Of a DNA stretch of 64,000 nt, positions 1 to 9,334 are shown piece after piece. Source of the DNA: Saprospiraceae bacterium (lineage in GTDB: Bacteria; Bacteroidota; Bacteroidia; Chitinophagales; Saprospiraceae). The translations under genes were made by a program, and so were the position numbers. How positions within the stretch are numbered: the first letter of the stretch is position 1; every line of letters begins with the position of its first letter. The notes below the pieces were generated by a model. It had not been told where the DNA came from. It saw nothing but the letters and a program-made list of their open reading frames with translations, and did not search any database. Location of the stretch: positions 54,502 through 118,501 of the forward strand of contig JAYUHK010000161.1 of NCBI GenBank assembly GCA_043767025.1. The letters run 5' to 3'.

Positions 1-1
1 C

Positions 2-856
2 GAAACTTACCCTCCCCAATCGCTCGGACCACCAACCACCGGCGGCGACGGCGGTGGAAATGCTATTTTTTCACCCGACGGAGCTAAATATATCCGATAC
101 AATCCTAAAGACCGCGCTTTTATTTTTGACTTCAATCGCTGTGAGGGTACTTTGAGCAATGCTCAAGTAATCAACGTAGCAGATACTGTTTTTTATGGGT
201 CAGCCGCAGTTTCCCCCAACTCCAGATTCCTCTACATCAACACCTCTGTGAGAATTTATCAGTTTGACTTGTTGGCTTCTGATATTCAACTTTCTCGCAA
301 AAAAGTTGCGCTTTGGGACCGGTTCATTGATACGACATTCGGCTACTCTAAACCTACTCGATTCGATAACATGATGTTAGGACCTGACGGCAAAATATAT
401 ATTCAGTGTAATTCGGGCGCGCGATATCTGCACAGGATTAATTTTCCAGATTTGGCAGATACCTTGTGTCAGGTCGAGCAGAGAGCTATTTTACTACCTT
501 ATGTAATCTACCCCGGCGGCACCTACTTTCCCAACTATCGCCTCGGGCGGCTCGTCGGCAGCTCCTGCGATACGCTCGCTACCGCTATAGCGGAGGTAGC
601 GTCGCCAGAAGGCTTGCGAATCTATCCCAATCCCGCCTCCGATGAGCTGACGGTGGAGCTGCCGCCCAACTTACAAAGCAGTAAGCTGACTTTGAGGCTC
701 TGCAACCAACTCGGGCAGACGGTTCATTCGCAAGCGTGGCGAGAGGAAAGTAACACCCAAACCACCTCTGTGGCTTCGCTGCCAAGTGGGTTTTATGTGG
801 TGTCAGTAAGCAACGGCGCAGAAACTTGGTACCAGAAGGTCATCGTGCAGCGATGA
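2..856 (+). CDS. Secreted protein, 3' portion only (ORF open to the left window edge), with a T9SS type A C-terminal sorting domain
   Basis: The frame is stop-free from nt 2 to the TGA at 854-856, so the listed TTG start at 152 is probably internal. The last ~80 aa (RIYPNPASDELTVELP...GFYVVSVSNGAETWYQKVIVQR) fit the Por_Secre_tail pattern. Confidence 0.7.
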   Translation, partial: ETYPPQSLGPPTTGGDGGGNAIFSPDGAKYIRYNPKDRAFIFDFNRCEGTLSNAQVINVADTVFYGSAAVSPNSRFLYINTSVRIYQFDLLASDIQLSRKKVALWDRFIDTTFGYSKPTRFDNMMLGPDGKIYIQCNSGARYLHRINFPDLADTLCQVEQRAILLPYVIYPGGTYFPNYRLGRLVGSSCDTLATAIAEVASPEGLRIYPNPASDELTVELPPNLQSSKLTLRLCNQLGQTVHSQAWREESNTQTTSVASLPSGFYVVSVSNGAETWYQKVIVQR

Positions 857-898
857 AAAGCTAAAAAGTAAATTATTGTTTGGGAAGTTTCGATGTCT

Positions 899-2224
899 TC
901 ATTGAAGTAATTTCTCCAGACCGATGCTGCGAGAACCTTTGAGAAAAAAAGTTTGGTTTTTGAATTGCGCCGCTTGAAACCAATCTTTTAGCAGATTAAC
1001 ATTGTCAAAATATGTGACATTTTCTATTTGGGCGATGTCACAAAATTCGCTTCCAACTAAAATAATTTGATTTTTTTGAAATCGTTGGAGTACCATTTGG
1101 AGTAGATTTTGATGCTCCGCAAAAGACGCTTCGCCCAGCTCTTTCATGCCTCCTAATATCAAAAACTTATTGGAATTGTCGGTTCTAAAAAAACTTTCTA
1201 CCGCCGCAGCCATACTCGTTGGGTTGGCGTTGTAAGCGTCCATAAAAAATTTATTCTCTTGATAATCAACCCATTGCGAGCGATTGTTGTTGGGTTTGTA
1301 GTTTTCTATTCCTTGTTTTATTTTTGCCGCAGGCACTTTAAAATATTTACCGACTACGATTGCAGTCATCAAATTTTTGAAATTATAATCGCCTGCGAGA
1401 TGACTTTGAGCCGCAACCAACGCCTGATTTTCGTCTATGAATTGAACTTTCAGATTGGGTGTTTCACTCAATTTTTGTACTTCAAATGGAATATGTGCGA
1501 TATTTAGATTGTCACTTTCGGTATAAAAAAGTCTTTTTCTACCCAAAAATTCTGAATATTCTGTTAAAAACGGCTCTGACATATTTATAAACCCAATTCC
1601 GTGATTTTCAGACAAATATTTATACAGCTCAGATTTTCCTTTTCGAACTCCTTCTTCGCCTCCGAAACCTTCCAAATGCGCTTTTCCCATGTTGGTAACG
1701 ATGCCGTGAGTAGGCTCTGCAAGGCTGCACAAGAATTCAATTTCTTTCTGGTGATTGGCACCCATTTCTACAACGGCAATGTCTGTTTTTGGAGGCATGG
1801 CGAGCAGCGTCAGAGGTACGCCGATGTGGTTATTGAAGTTGCCTGCCGTAGAGTGAGTGGTGTAATGAGTACTTAAAACACTGTTAATCAGCTCTTTAGT
1901 CGTCGTCTTGCCGTTGGAACCGGTGATGGCGATGATTGGAATATCAAATTGTCGGCGATGAAAAAGTGCCAACATTTGGAGCGTTTCCAACACATTTTCG
2001 ACTACAAATATTTCTGGTGTCGCACTGTTGAGAAGGGTTTTGTCATCTACTACGCTACACGCTGCGCCGAGTCGAATCGCTTCTGCTGCGAACCGATTGC
2101 CGTCAAAATTTTCGCCTTTGAGTGCGAAAAAGATGCAGTTGGGTACAATTTTTCGGCTGTCCGTGACGGCGATTGGGTATTTTTTAAATATTTCGTAAAG
2201 TTGGAAAATAGTATCTTTTTTCAT
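899..2224 (-). CDS. murF: UDP-N-acetylmuramoyl-tripeptide--D-alanyl-D-alanine ligase
   Basis: 441 aa. Has the Mur ligase P-loop ITGSNGKTTTKE and an N-terminus (VTDSRKI...FFALKGENFDG) typical of MurF. Lies next to gldJ, as in other Bacteroidota. Confidence 0.9.
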   Translation of the reverse strand: MKKDTIFQLYEIFKKYPIAVTDSRKIVPNCIFFALKGENFDGNRFAAEAIRLGAACSVVDDKTLLNSATPEIFVVENVLETLQMLALFHRRQFDIPIIAITGSNGKTTTKELINSVLSTHYTTHSTAGNFNNHIGVPLTLLAMPPKTDIAVVEMGANHQKEIEFLCSLAEPTHGIVTNMGKAHLEGFGGEEGVRKGKSELYKYLSENHGIGFINMSEPFLTEYSEFLGRKRLFYTESDNLNIAHIPFEVQKLSETPNLKVQFIDENQALVAAQSHLAGDYNFKNLMTAIVVGKYFKVPAAKIKQGIENYKPNNNRSQWVDYQENKFFMDAYNANPTSMAAAVESFFRTDNSNKFLILGGMKELGEASFAEHQNLLQMVLQRFQKNQIILVGSEFCDIAQIENVTYFDNVNLLKDWFQAAQFKNQTFFLKGSRSIGLEKLLQ

Positions 2225-2243
2225 GCGTTGTCGTGAAATCCAT

Positions 2244-2283
2244 TAAAAAACCCTCCGTACTTTTTGTCAAAGGTACGGAGGGC
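2244..2283 (-). terminator. Rho-independent terminator downstream of gldJ
   Basis: A perfect 10-bp stem (ccctccgtac at 2251-2260 pairs with gtacggaggg at 2273-2282) is followed on the minus strand by a T6 run (plus-strand A6 at 2245-2250). Confidence 0.75.
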
Positions 2284-2307
2284 TGAAAGTATTTTTAACA
2301 AAAATAT

Positions 2308-3810
2308 TTATTTGTAGCTTCTTTTAGTTTTGCTTGGGCGTTTGCCGAAGTCATTTCCACCTGTGTCATCGTTGCCAGTAGAGCCGCCTGTGCGAGTCAT
2401 AGCGCAGCGGAAGCCCAAAGTGCGGTCAGATTTGTCTTCTTCTTTGAATCGGCGCGTTCCCGGAGTGAGCCAGAAAGGTCTGTCAGCCCATGAGCCGCCT
2501 TTGTACACCCGTGATTTGTCGCTTACCAAAGTAGTTTTTCCGTAGTTGTAAGACACTTGTGACTCTTTGTCGCCGTCCAAATAGTCATAAACTTGTCCGC
2601 GTTTGTAGTTTTCGCGGGTAGCGACTTCGTCGTCGGTCACATAGCGATAGCGAACTCGTCCCAAACTGTCTTTTTCGACGGGTGCGCCGTTTTCGTCCGT
2701 GATTTTAGCCTCAAACTTGCCTCCGCGATAAGCATTCAAATCGTGATTTTCTACGTCGCGCAATTCGATGCTTGTGAGCGGACGATACAAGTCCATCGTC
2801 CATTCATTGACATTTCCTGCCATATTGAACAAGCCGAAATCGTTTGGATAATTTTTATAAACGGGACTTGTGATACTCGCTTTGTCATTGAGGCGACCCG
2901 CCATTCCCATATAATCTCCGCGTCCGCGCTTGAAGTTTGCTAACATTTCGCCTTGATATTTATTGTGGCGTTGGTAGCGAAGGGTGTTGCCGTCCCAAGG
3001 GTAGAGGCGACGGTCTGTCAATCGCTCGTCTTTGGAGTTGGCTTGCTTTCCTACCAATGCAAGGGCAGCATATTCCCACTCTGCCTCTGTCGGCAGGCGA
3101 TAAGAAGGCAGCAAAATACCGTCTTCGAACCGAACTGGACGCTCTCCGCCAGTTTTTAGGTCTTTTAGATTTTTGCGCACATCGCCTTGGTATTGACCGA
3201 CCAAATAAGATTCAGTGTTGAAGTTATCTGCGTCTTTTTGCTCTGGATTGTTTTTCAGAATCCCACGCTCTATCAATATCATTTCATTGACACGGTCTGT
3301 TCTCCATTTGCAGAAGTCACCCGCCTGATTCCAATTCACGCCCACTACTGGATAGTCGTCGTAAGCTGGGTGGCGAAAATAAGTTTCTACATACGGCTCA
3401 TTGTAAGCCAATTCTTCTCTCCAAACCAATGTGTCGGGTACTGCTTTTCTGTAAACTCCCGGATAAGAAGCTCCAAACACACGCTGAATCCAGTACAAAT
3501 ATTCTTTGTATTGGTGGTTGGTTATTTCGGTTTCGTCCATATAAAAGGAGGAAACTGACACGCGGCGCGGAATATTATTCCATTCATAAGTAATATCTTG
3601 CTCCGACAAGCCCATCGTGAAAGTGCCGCCTTGTATTAAAACTAAATTAGGACCAGTTGCCTGACCTTCGTATTTGAGTTTTTCGTAGCCGCCCCATTTT
3701 TGGTCGTTGAGCGTCCAGCCTGTGGTGGCTGATTTTTCTTTCTTGCTGCATGAAGCGAAAAGAACGATACCGAGAGCAAACAATGTGCTAAATTTCAACA
3801 GTTTTTTCAT
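2308..3810 (-). CDS. gldJ: Gliding motility lipoprotein GldJ (SUMF1/FGE-like fold)
   Basis: 500 aa with a lipoprotein signal (LFASC). The N-terminus TGWTLNDQKWGGY...GPNLVLIQGGTFTMG and the sulfatase-modifying-factor-like body match GldJ as I remember it. murF synteny supports the call. Confidence 0.85.
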   Translation of the reverse strand: MKKLLKFSTLFALGIVLFASCSKKEKSATTGWTLNDQKWGGYEKLKYEGQATGPNLVLIQGGTFTMGLSEQDITYEWNNIPRRVSVSSFYMDETEITNHQYKEYLYWIQRVFGASYPGVYRKAVPDTLVWREELAYNEPYVETYFRHPAYDDYPVVGVNWNQAGDFCKWRTDRVNEMILIERGILKNNPEQKDADNFNTESYLVGQYQGDVRKNLKDLKTGGERPVRFEDGILLPSYRLPTEAEWEYAALALVGKQANSKDERLTDRRLYPWDGNTLRYQRHNKYQGEMLANFKRGRGDYMGMAGRLNDKASITSPVYKNYPNDFGLFNMAGNVNEWTMDLYRPLTSIELRDVENHDLNAYRGGKFEAKITDENGAPVEKDSLGRVRYRYVTDDEVATRENYKRGQVYDYLDGDKESQVSYNYGKTTLVSDKSRVYKGGSWADRPFWLTPGTRRFKEEDKSDRTLGFRCAMTRTGGSTGNDDTGGNDFGKRPSKTKRSYK

Positions 3811-3862
3811 TTTTCTTTATGATAATGATATAAAGGACTGATATTTTTTAAATTAGAAACGA

Positions 3863-3870
3863 CAAATATA
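3863..3870 (-). promoter_or_regulatory. Putative Bacteroidota -7 promoter box (TATATTTG) for gldJ
   Basis: The reverse complement of caaatata matches the TAnnTTTG consensus, about 53 nt upstream of the gldJ ATG. Confidence 0.4.
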
Positions 3871-3991
3871 AGCGTTTATTTTGTTTTGCAACTCGAAAAC
3901 GATTTTTTTATTAATATTTCAAAATATTTTAATAAACTTTAACGTTTGGCGGTGGTTTTCAGGCTACAAATTTGTGCTTCTGTTATAAATT

Positions 3992-5197
3992 TTACTTCGC
4001 CAATACTTCTGACACTAATTGTGCGGCTTCGTGAAGTTGGATAGCGGAGCGTACTTTTAGCCCGGATTCGTCAATTAATTTTTTGGCAATGTCCGCATTG
4101 GTGCCTTGAAGTCTTACGATAATTGGGACGTTGATATTACCCATATTTTTGTAGGCATCTACTACGCCTTGCGCGACGCGGTCGCAGCGCACGATTCCGC
4201 CAAAAATATTGATCAAAATTGCTTTTACGTTGCTGTCTTTCAAAATAATTTTGAAGGCATTTTCGACTCTTTTGGCATCTGCGGTGCCGCCTACGTCCAA
4301 GAAGTTGGCTGGCTCGCCGCCCGAAAGTTTGATAATATCCATCGTCGCCATCGCCAATCCTGCTCCATTGACCATGCAGCCGACGTTGCCGTCGAGTTTG
4401 ACATAGTTTAGGTCGAAAGCTCTTGCTTCTACTTCGGTCGGGTCTTCCTCGTCGGTGTCGCGCATAGCGGCGAGGTCGGGGTGGCGGTCGAGGGCGTTAT
4501 CGTCCAACGAAACTTTGCTATCTACGGCTATAATACGGTCGTCGGCTGTTTTTAGGCAGGGATTTATCTCGAACAGAGAGGCATCGGACGTAATGTACGC
4601 TTTGTAGAGGGACGTGATAAATTTTGTCATTTCTTTGAATGCCGTGCCACTCAAACCCAAGTTGAAAGCAATTTTGCGGGCTTGAAATCCTTGTATTCCT
4701 ACGAGCGGGTCTATCAACTCTTTGTGTACGAGGTGGGGCGTTTCTTCCGCTACTTTTTCGATGTCCATACCGCCTTCGGTGGAGTAAATGATGACGTTTC
4801 GTCTGCTTTCGCGGTCGGTGAGGATAGAAATATACAGCTCTTTGCAGGCGTTGAAGTCGGGTGCGTAGCAATCTTCGGTGACGAGTATTTTTTTGACCAA
4901 TTTGCCTGCGCCGTCCATGCCGCCGGGAGTTTGGGGTGTTTTGAGCATCATGCCGAGGATATTTCCTGCGTGCAATTTCAGTTCGTCGGCGTTTTTAGCG
5001 AGTTTTACGCCGCCGCCTTTTCCGCGTCCGCCTGCATGAATCTGGGCTTTGACTACGCAGTATTGAGTGCCGGTGTCGGCTTTTAGTTGCTCAAAAGCGG
5101 CTTCGGCTTCTTCGACGGTGGTGGCTACAATGCCTCTTTGAATGGCTACGCCAAAACTCTGTAGCAGTTGTTTTCCTTGATATTCGTGTAAATCCAT
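3992..5197 (-). CDS. sucC: Succinate--CoA ligase (ADP-forming) beta subunit
   Basis: I chose the start at MDLHEYQGKQLL (ATG at 5197), which is the canonical SucC N-terminus; the listed ORF has an 18-codon upstream extension. The ATP-grasp and CoA-ligase motifs run throughout. Confidence 0.9.
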   Translation of the reverse strand: MDLHEYQGKQLLQSFGVAIQRGIVATTVEEAEAAFEQLKADTGTQYCVVKAQIHAGGRGKGGGVKLAKNADELKLHAGNILGMMLKTPQTPGGMDGAGKLVKKILVTEDCYAPDFNACKELYISILTDRESRRNVIIYSTEGGMDIEKVAEETPHLVHKELIDPLVGIQGFQARKIAFNLGLSGTAFKEMTKFITSLYKAYITSDASLFEINPCLKTADDRIIAVDSKVSLDDNALDRHPDLAAMRDTDEEDPTEVEARAFDLNYVKLDGNVGCMVNGAGLAMATMDIIKLSGGEPANFLDVGGTADAKRVENAFKIILKDSNVKAILINIFGGIVRCDRVAQGVVDAYKNMGNINVPIIVRLQGTNADIAKKLIDESGLKVRSAIQLHEAAQLVSEVLAK

Positions 5198-5386
5198 ATA
5201 AAAAAAATGTAAAAAACTTTTATGTATTTTTTGTACGCCGCAAAGTTGCAAAATAAAATTGGAAAAGATGGAGATGGAGAATTAAAAAATAGCGAAAGGA
5301 AACAAAAAAATTAGAAACAGTGCTTGGGGACGGCTGCGGCAATTCGTCATAATTTGACCGCTTGGATTTCGATTTTCGACCAGATT

Positions 5387-5794
5387 TTAGGCTTTTTCTT
5401 TCGGAGCAATAAAAAAATAGTAGTTAGAAAGGCAGATTAAGCCCAGCAGAAAAGGAATGAGCGCAAGCTGTTTTCCGATAAAAATACCGAAAATAAGGGA
5501 CTCGTCGAAGTGAAAAAACTCGCTTATCATCCAAAAACTATTTGCAACAATCCAAAACATAACCGCCAAATTGTGATACAGCTCGGACGCTACGCTTTTA
5601 TTTTGCCACATAATACGAATCGCTACGAAAAGCGTCGGAAATATCATCGCAATCCCCAAAGGCTTGAAGACGACGCACCAACTAATATCTTTGAGCAGCC
5701 AAAAAACGATGTGCAAATTCTCGGTCGCCCGATGTTTTTTACTGATATTGTAGCCTGCTTCACGGACAGCTTCCGTAGGTGTTTTATCCATCAA
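5387..5794 (-). CDS. Small integral membrane protein, function unknown
   Basis: 135 aa with about four hydrophobic helices. I recognise no family motif. Confidence 0.45.
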   Translation of the reverse strand: MMDKTPTEAVREAGYNISKKHRATENLHIVFWLLKDISWCVVFKPLGIAMIFPTLFVAIRIMWQNKSVASELYHNLAVMFWIVANSFWMISEFFHFDESLIFGIFIGKQLALIPFLLGLICLSNYYFFIAPKEKA

Positions 5795-5889
5795 ATTTTT
5801 TTGTCTTTTGCTTTGAAATAAATATTTTCCCCAAAATTAAATTTCGGAGCGTAAAATTGCTATTTTTTTTAAAATAAATAGCAAAAAAG

Positions 5890-5929
5890 ACAAAAAAAAA
5901 ACGCCGCCGACCCGAAAGTCAGCAGCGTT
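5890..5929 (-). terminator. Rho-independent terminator downstream of the DUF1573 gene
   Basis: On the minus strand, acgcugcugac/gucggcggcgu forms an 11-bp stem with two G-U pairs, followed by a U run of about 9 (plus-strand A run at 5892-5900). Confidence 0.7.
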
Positions 5930-5952
5930 TTTAGAAATCTTTTACAAATTAT

Positions 5953-6384
5953 TTATTTCTCCTTTGGAGTCAAAACGTTTGCTTTTTGAGCTGGCACGCC
6001 GTCTGGCTGTGCGGGCTTCGCTTTTACCTCGCCCTTGATGGTCAAGATGCGTTGGTCTACCGCTTCGTTGGTGGTCAAAGTTACTGTTTTCGTGAAAGGT
6101 CCTACACGATTCGTGTCATAACGGACGATAACCTTGTTGCTTTGTCCCGGCATGATTGGCTCTTTCGGAGCGTCTGGAACAGTACAACCGCAGCTACCCT
6201 TTGCGTTCTTGATGATAAGCGGCTCTGTACCCGTGTTTTTGAATTTGAACTCACGAGTCGGCTCTGCACCTTGCTCGATTGTTCCGTAATCCATTTCTGT
6301 TTTTTCGAGTGTCATTACAGCTTGCGCCATAGAGATAGTTGCTACAAAGCAAACCATTGATAAGATTGACATTAACTTTTTCAT
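5953..6384 (-). CDS. DUF1573 domain-containing secreted protein
   Basis: 143 aa with a signal peptide and the characteristic GSCGCTVP motif of DUF1573. Confidence 0.7.
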   Translation of the reverse strand: MKKLMSILSMVCFVATISMAQAVMTLEKTEMDYGTIEQGAEPTREFKFKNTGTEPLIIKNAKGSCGCTVPDAPKEPIMPGQSNKVIVRYDTNRVGPFTKTVTLTTNEAVDQRILTIKGEVKAKPAQPDGVPAQKANVLTPKEK

Positions 6385-6691
6385 TGTAATTTTTATTTTT
6401 TTTGTGAATGATTAATTATTTATCGCCGTAGAATGTGTCAAAAATAAATTGTTTATCCTTTCTTCGTCCCCTTTTGATAGTGCAAAGTAAGACCTTTTTT
6501 TTTGACCGTGCAATACTTCGCTCTTTGATTAACTTTGCATTAACAATTTAACAAAATCGCTTTTATATTTTCTACATTTAAAACCCTGAAAATCAAATAT
6601 TTAGCTAAAAAGATACCCATTCACACAAAATAATTTTTGAACTAAAATAATATAATTAACATTTCAATATACTACATCACCAACTTTTTAG

Positions 6692-6699
6692 TAAATTTG
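6692..6699 (+). promoter_or_regulatory. Putative -7 promoter box (TAAATTTG) for the E1 dehydrogenase gene
   Basis: Matches TAnnTTTG, 43 nt upstream of the ATG at 6742. Confidence 0.4.
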
Positions 6700-6741
6700 C
6701 AAACCCTTTTCCAACGAATATTTTGAAAAAATTTTTTAATT

Positions 6742-9174
6742 ATGCTCGAATTTCCCGCCATATTACAAGCCAAAGCAGTCGCCGATGCTGACCACCAACA
6801 CTCGGAATTTATAACAGAGGTTTTGAAAGACTTTTGGATTTGTTGCGTCAGCCGCGAAGCCAGCCTCGCAGCCCGCAAAGAAGTATTGACGGGCAAAGCA
6901 AAATTCGCCATCATCGGCGACGGAAAGGAAGTGCCGCAAGTCGCTATGGCGCGCGCTTTTCGGCAAGGCGACTACCGTACAGGCTACTATCGCGACCAGA
7001 CGCTCATGTTTGCACTCGGCGTTTCGAGCGTAGAGGATTTTTTTGCGCAGCTCTACGCCGACACTGACAATGACCCTTTTTCAGGCGGTCGCCAAATGAA
7101 CAGCCACTATGCTACCCCTTTTATTGATAAAAATACTGGCGAATGGCTGCGCTTAACCGACCAATTTAATATTTCGTCCGATATTTCTTGCACGGGCGGT
7201 CAGGTGGCGCGCGCGCTGGGACTTGCGTTGGCTTCCAAAAAATACCGCGAAATGCCCAACATAGATACGGCGCAAAATTTTTCGGAAAATGGAAACGAAG
7301 TTTGTTTCTGTACCATCGGCGATGCCAGCACTTCCGAAGGTCCGTTTTGGGAATCGCTCAATGCGGCTGCCGTCCTGCAAGTGCCGCTTGCAGTCGCAGT
7401 TTGGGACGACGGCTACGGTATTTCTGTCCCCATCGAATATCAGACGGTCAAAAAAAGTATCTCCAAAGCACTCGCTGGTTTTGAATCCGAAAAAGTCGGC
7501 GAAGGCATACATATATATAAGGTGCATGGTTGGGATTATCCGACGCTCATCGAGGTCTTTGAAGAAGGCATCGCCAAGATGCGAATCGACCACACGCCTG
7601 CGCTTTTTCACATTGACGAACTTACGCAGCCGCAGGGACACTCTACCTCTGGCTCTCACGAAAGGTACAAATCCAAAGAACGTTTGGATTGGGAAAAAGA
7701 GAACGACTGCATCGTCAAGATGCAAGAATGGATGGAAAAAAGCGGTATTGCGAAGCGCGAAGAATTAGAATCGCTCGCTGCCGACGCACGCGACTACGTC
7801 AAAAAATGCCGTCAGAATGCGTGGGAAAAATACACGCAGCCGCTCAAAGACAATCAAAAAGTATTAGAGAATATTTTGGGTACGATGGTGGCGAGCGCGT
7901 CGCCCGAAAAGTCGGAGGTCATTGAGTCCGCCAAAGCCGAGTTGCGGAGTTTGGTCAATCCCGTGTTTAGTGAATTAGCCAAAATCGGTCGAAAATTATT
8001 TTTTCAGACCCAAAAAGAACTCCCGCACAATCCTGCCGTCCAGCAACTTCAAGCATGGATTCGGGAGGAAGTCGCCCTCAAAAATAGTCGTTTTCATACG
8101 CATTTACACAGCGAACTTCCCAACAATGTGCTGAACGTAAGCGGAGTAGCACCGACTTATGACGAGAATCCAGCCCTCAAAACTGGCTACGAAGTGCTGA
8201 ATGCTTTTTTTGATTATTCGCTTCACAAACACCCCGAGTTAATGGCTTTTGGCGAAGACGTTGGCGTGATAGGCGGTGTCAATCAAGCCTTTCTCGGAAT
8301 GCAAAAAAAATATGGCGAGGAGCGAGTTTTTGATACGGGGATTCGCGAATGGAGCATCATCGGACAAGCGATTGGCTTGGCGCAGCGCGGTCTTCGCCCG
8401 ATAGCCGAAATCCAGTATTTAGACTACATTTACTACGCTTTTTCACCGTTGGTGGACGATTTGGCGACCCTTCGCTATCGGACGGACGGTATCCAAAAAG
8501 CACCTGTCATCGTGCGGACGCGCGGGCATCGTTTGGAAGGAATCTGGCATTCTGGCTCGCCGATGGGAACTTTGGTCAATGCGCTGCGTGGTATGTACGT
8601 CATCGTGCCACGAAATATGGTGCAGGCGGCAGGTTTTTATACGACTTTGCTCCAAAGCGACGAGCCGGCTATCGTGGTAGAACCGCTCAACGCCTTTCGC
8701 TTGCGAGAAAAATTGCCCTCCAATATCGGCGAATATTGCTTCCCGTTGGGCGTACCCGAAATCATGCACGCTGGCTCGGACGTGACGCTCGTGACGTACG
8801 GCTCTTGTGTGAGGATAGCTCAAGAAGGACTAAAACTTTTAGAAAATGAAAATATTTCTGTCGAACTGATTGATATTCAGACGCTTACGCCTTTCGATAT
8901 TCCGCAGATGATTTTGAAGTCGTTGAAAAAAACGAATAAAATTATTTTTATGGACGAAGATATTCCGGGTGGTGCAACCGCGTATATGATGCAGGAGGTA
9001 TTGGAAAAACAAGGCGGCTACCAGTTTCTCGACGCAGCTCCCAAGACACTTACTGCCGCCGCACACCGTCCGCCGTTTGGTTCTGACGGTGACTATTTTT
9101 CAAAACCCAATGCGGAAGACGTTTATGAAGTCGTGCGGCAAATGATGGTAGAAGCAGAGCCGCACAGATTTTAA
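6742..9174 (+). CDS. Fused alpha/beta E1 component of a 2-oxoacid (branched-chain-type) dehydrogenase
   Basis: 810 aa. The N-terminal half resembles a TPP-binding E1 alpha (GDGKEVPQ...IGDASTSEG). The C-terminal half resembles the transketolase-like E1 beta (FGEDVG..GGV...DTGIRE). This fusion is common in Bacteroidota. Confidence 0.8.
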   Translation: MLEFPAILQAKAVADADHQHSEFITEVLKDFWICCVSREASLAARKEVLTGKAKFAIIGDGKEVPQVAMARAFRQGDYRTGYYRDQTLMFALGVSSVEDFFAQLYADTDNDPFSGGRQMNSHYATPFIDKNTGEWLRLTDQFNISSDISCTGGQVARALGLALASKKYREMPNIDTAQNFSENGNEVCFCTIGDASTSEGPFWESLNAAAVLQVPLAVAVWDDGYGISVPIEYQTVKKSISKALAGFESEKVGEGIHIYKVHGWDYPTLIEVFEEGIAKMRIDHTPALFHIDELTQPQGHSTSGSHERYKSKERLDWEKENDCIVKMQEWMEKSGIAKREELESLAADARDYVKKCRQNAWEKYTQPLKDNQKVLENILGTMVASASPEKSEVIESAKAELRSLVNPVFSELAKIGRKLFFQTQKELPHNPAVQQLQAWIREEVALKNSRFHTHLHSELPNNVLNVSGVAPTYDENPALKTGYEVLNAFFDYSLHKHPELMAFGEDVGVIGGVNQAFLGMQKKYGEERVFDTGIREWSIIGQAIGLAQRGLRPIAEIQYLDYIYYAFSPLVDDLATLRYRTDGIQKAPVIVRTRGHRLEGIWHSGSPMGTLVNALRGMYVIVPRNMVQAAGFYTTLLQSDEPAIVVEPLNAFRLREKLPSNIGEYCFPLGVPEIMHAGSDVTLVTYGSCVRIAQEGLKLLENENISVELIDIQTLTPFDIPQMILKSLKKTNKIIFMDEDIPGGATAYMMQEVLEKQGGYQFLDAAPKTLTAAAHRPPFGSDGDYFSKPNAEDVYEVVRQMMVEAEPHRF

Positions 9175-9181
9175 ATTCTTA

Positions 9182-9288
9182 TAAGTTCTTACACTTAAAT
9201 AGATGACATTTAGTATTCGACATAATTCGTTGATTTTCAATAGTTTATGATGACTCAAAATTAAAAACTAAAAACTTATAACTACTTA
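9182..9288 (+). repeat. Intergenic repeat family A, copy A1 (MITE-like, ~107 bp)
   Basis: Near-identical to 27226-27328 and 49852-49942, and to the reverse complement of 41176-41282. The termini taagttcttacac / cttataactactta form imperfect inverted repeats. Confidence 0.85.
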
Positions 9289-9334
9289 AAAAAATATAAT
9301 TGTAATATTTTGTGACATTTTAAAAAAGTCAAAT

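Noticed and set aside
5198-5251. Upstream extension of the sucC ORF. Similar extensions exist for fbp (33399-33482), the cryptochrome (53724-53771), the ChaN-like gene (53774-53827) and Fic (21517-21573).
   Set aside because: The canonical N-termini or signal peptides begin at the internal ATGs. For fbp and the ChaN-like gene, a TAnnTTTG box lies inside the extension. The Fic extension overlaps the upstream terminator.
6672-6914. An 80-aa minus-strand ORF across the start of the E1 dehydrogenase gene
   Set aside because: It overlaps the promoter and 5' coding region of a strongly supported gene and has no motifs.
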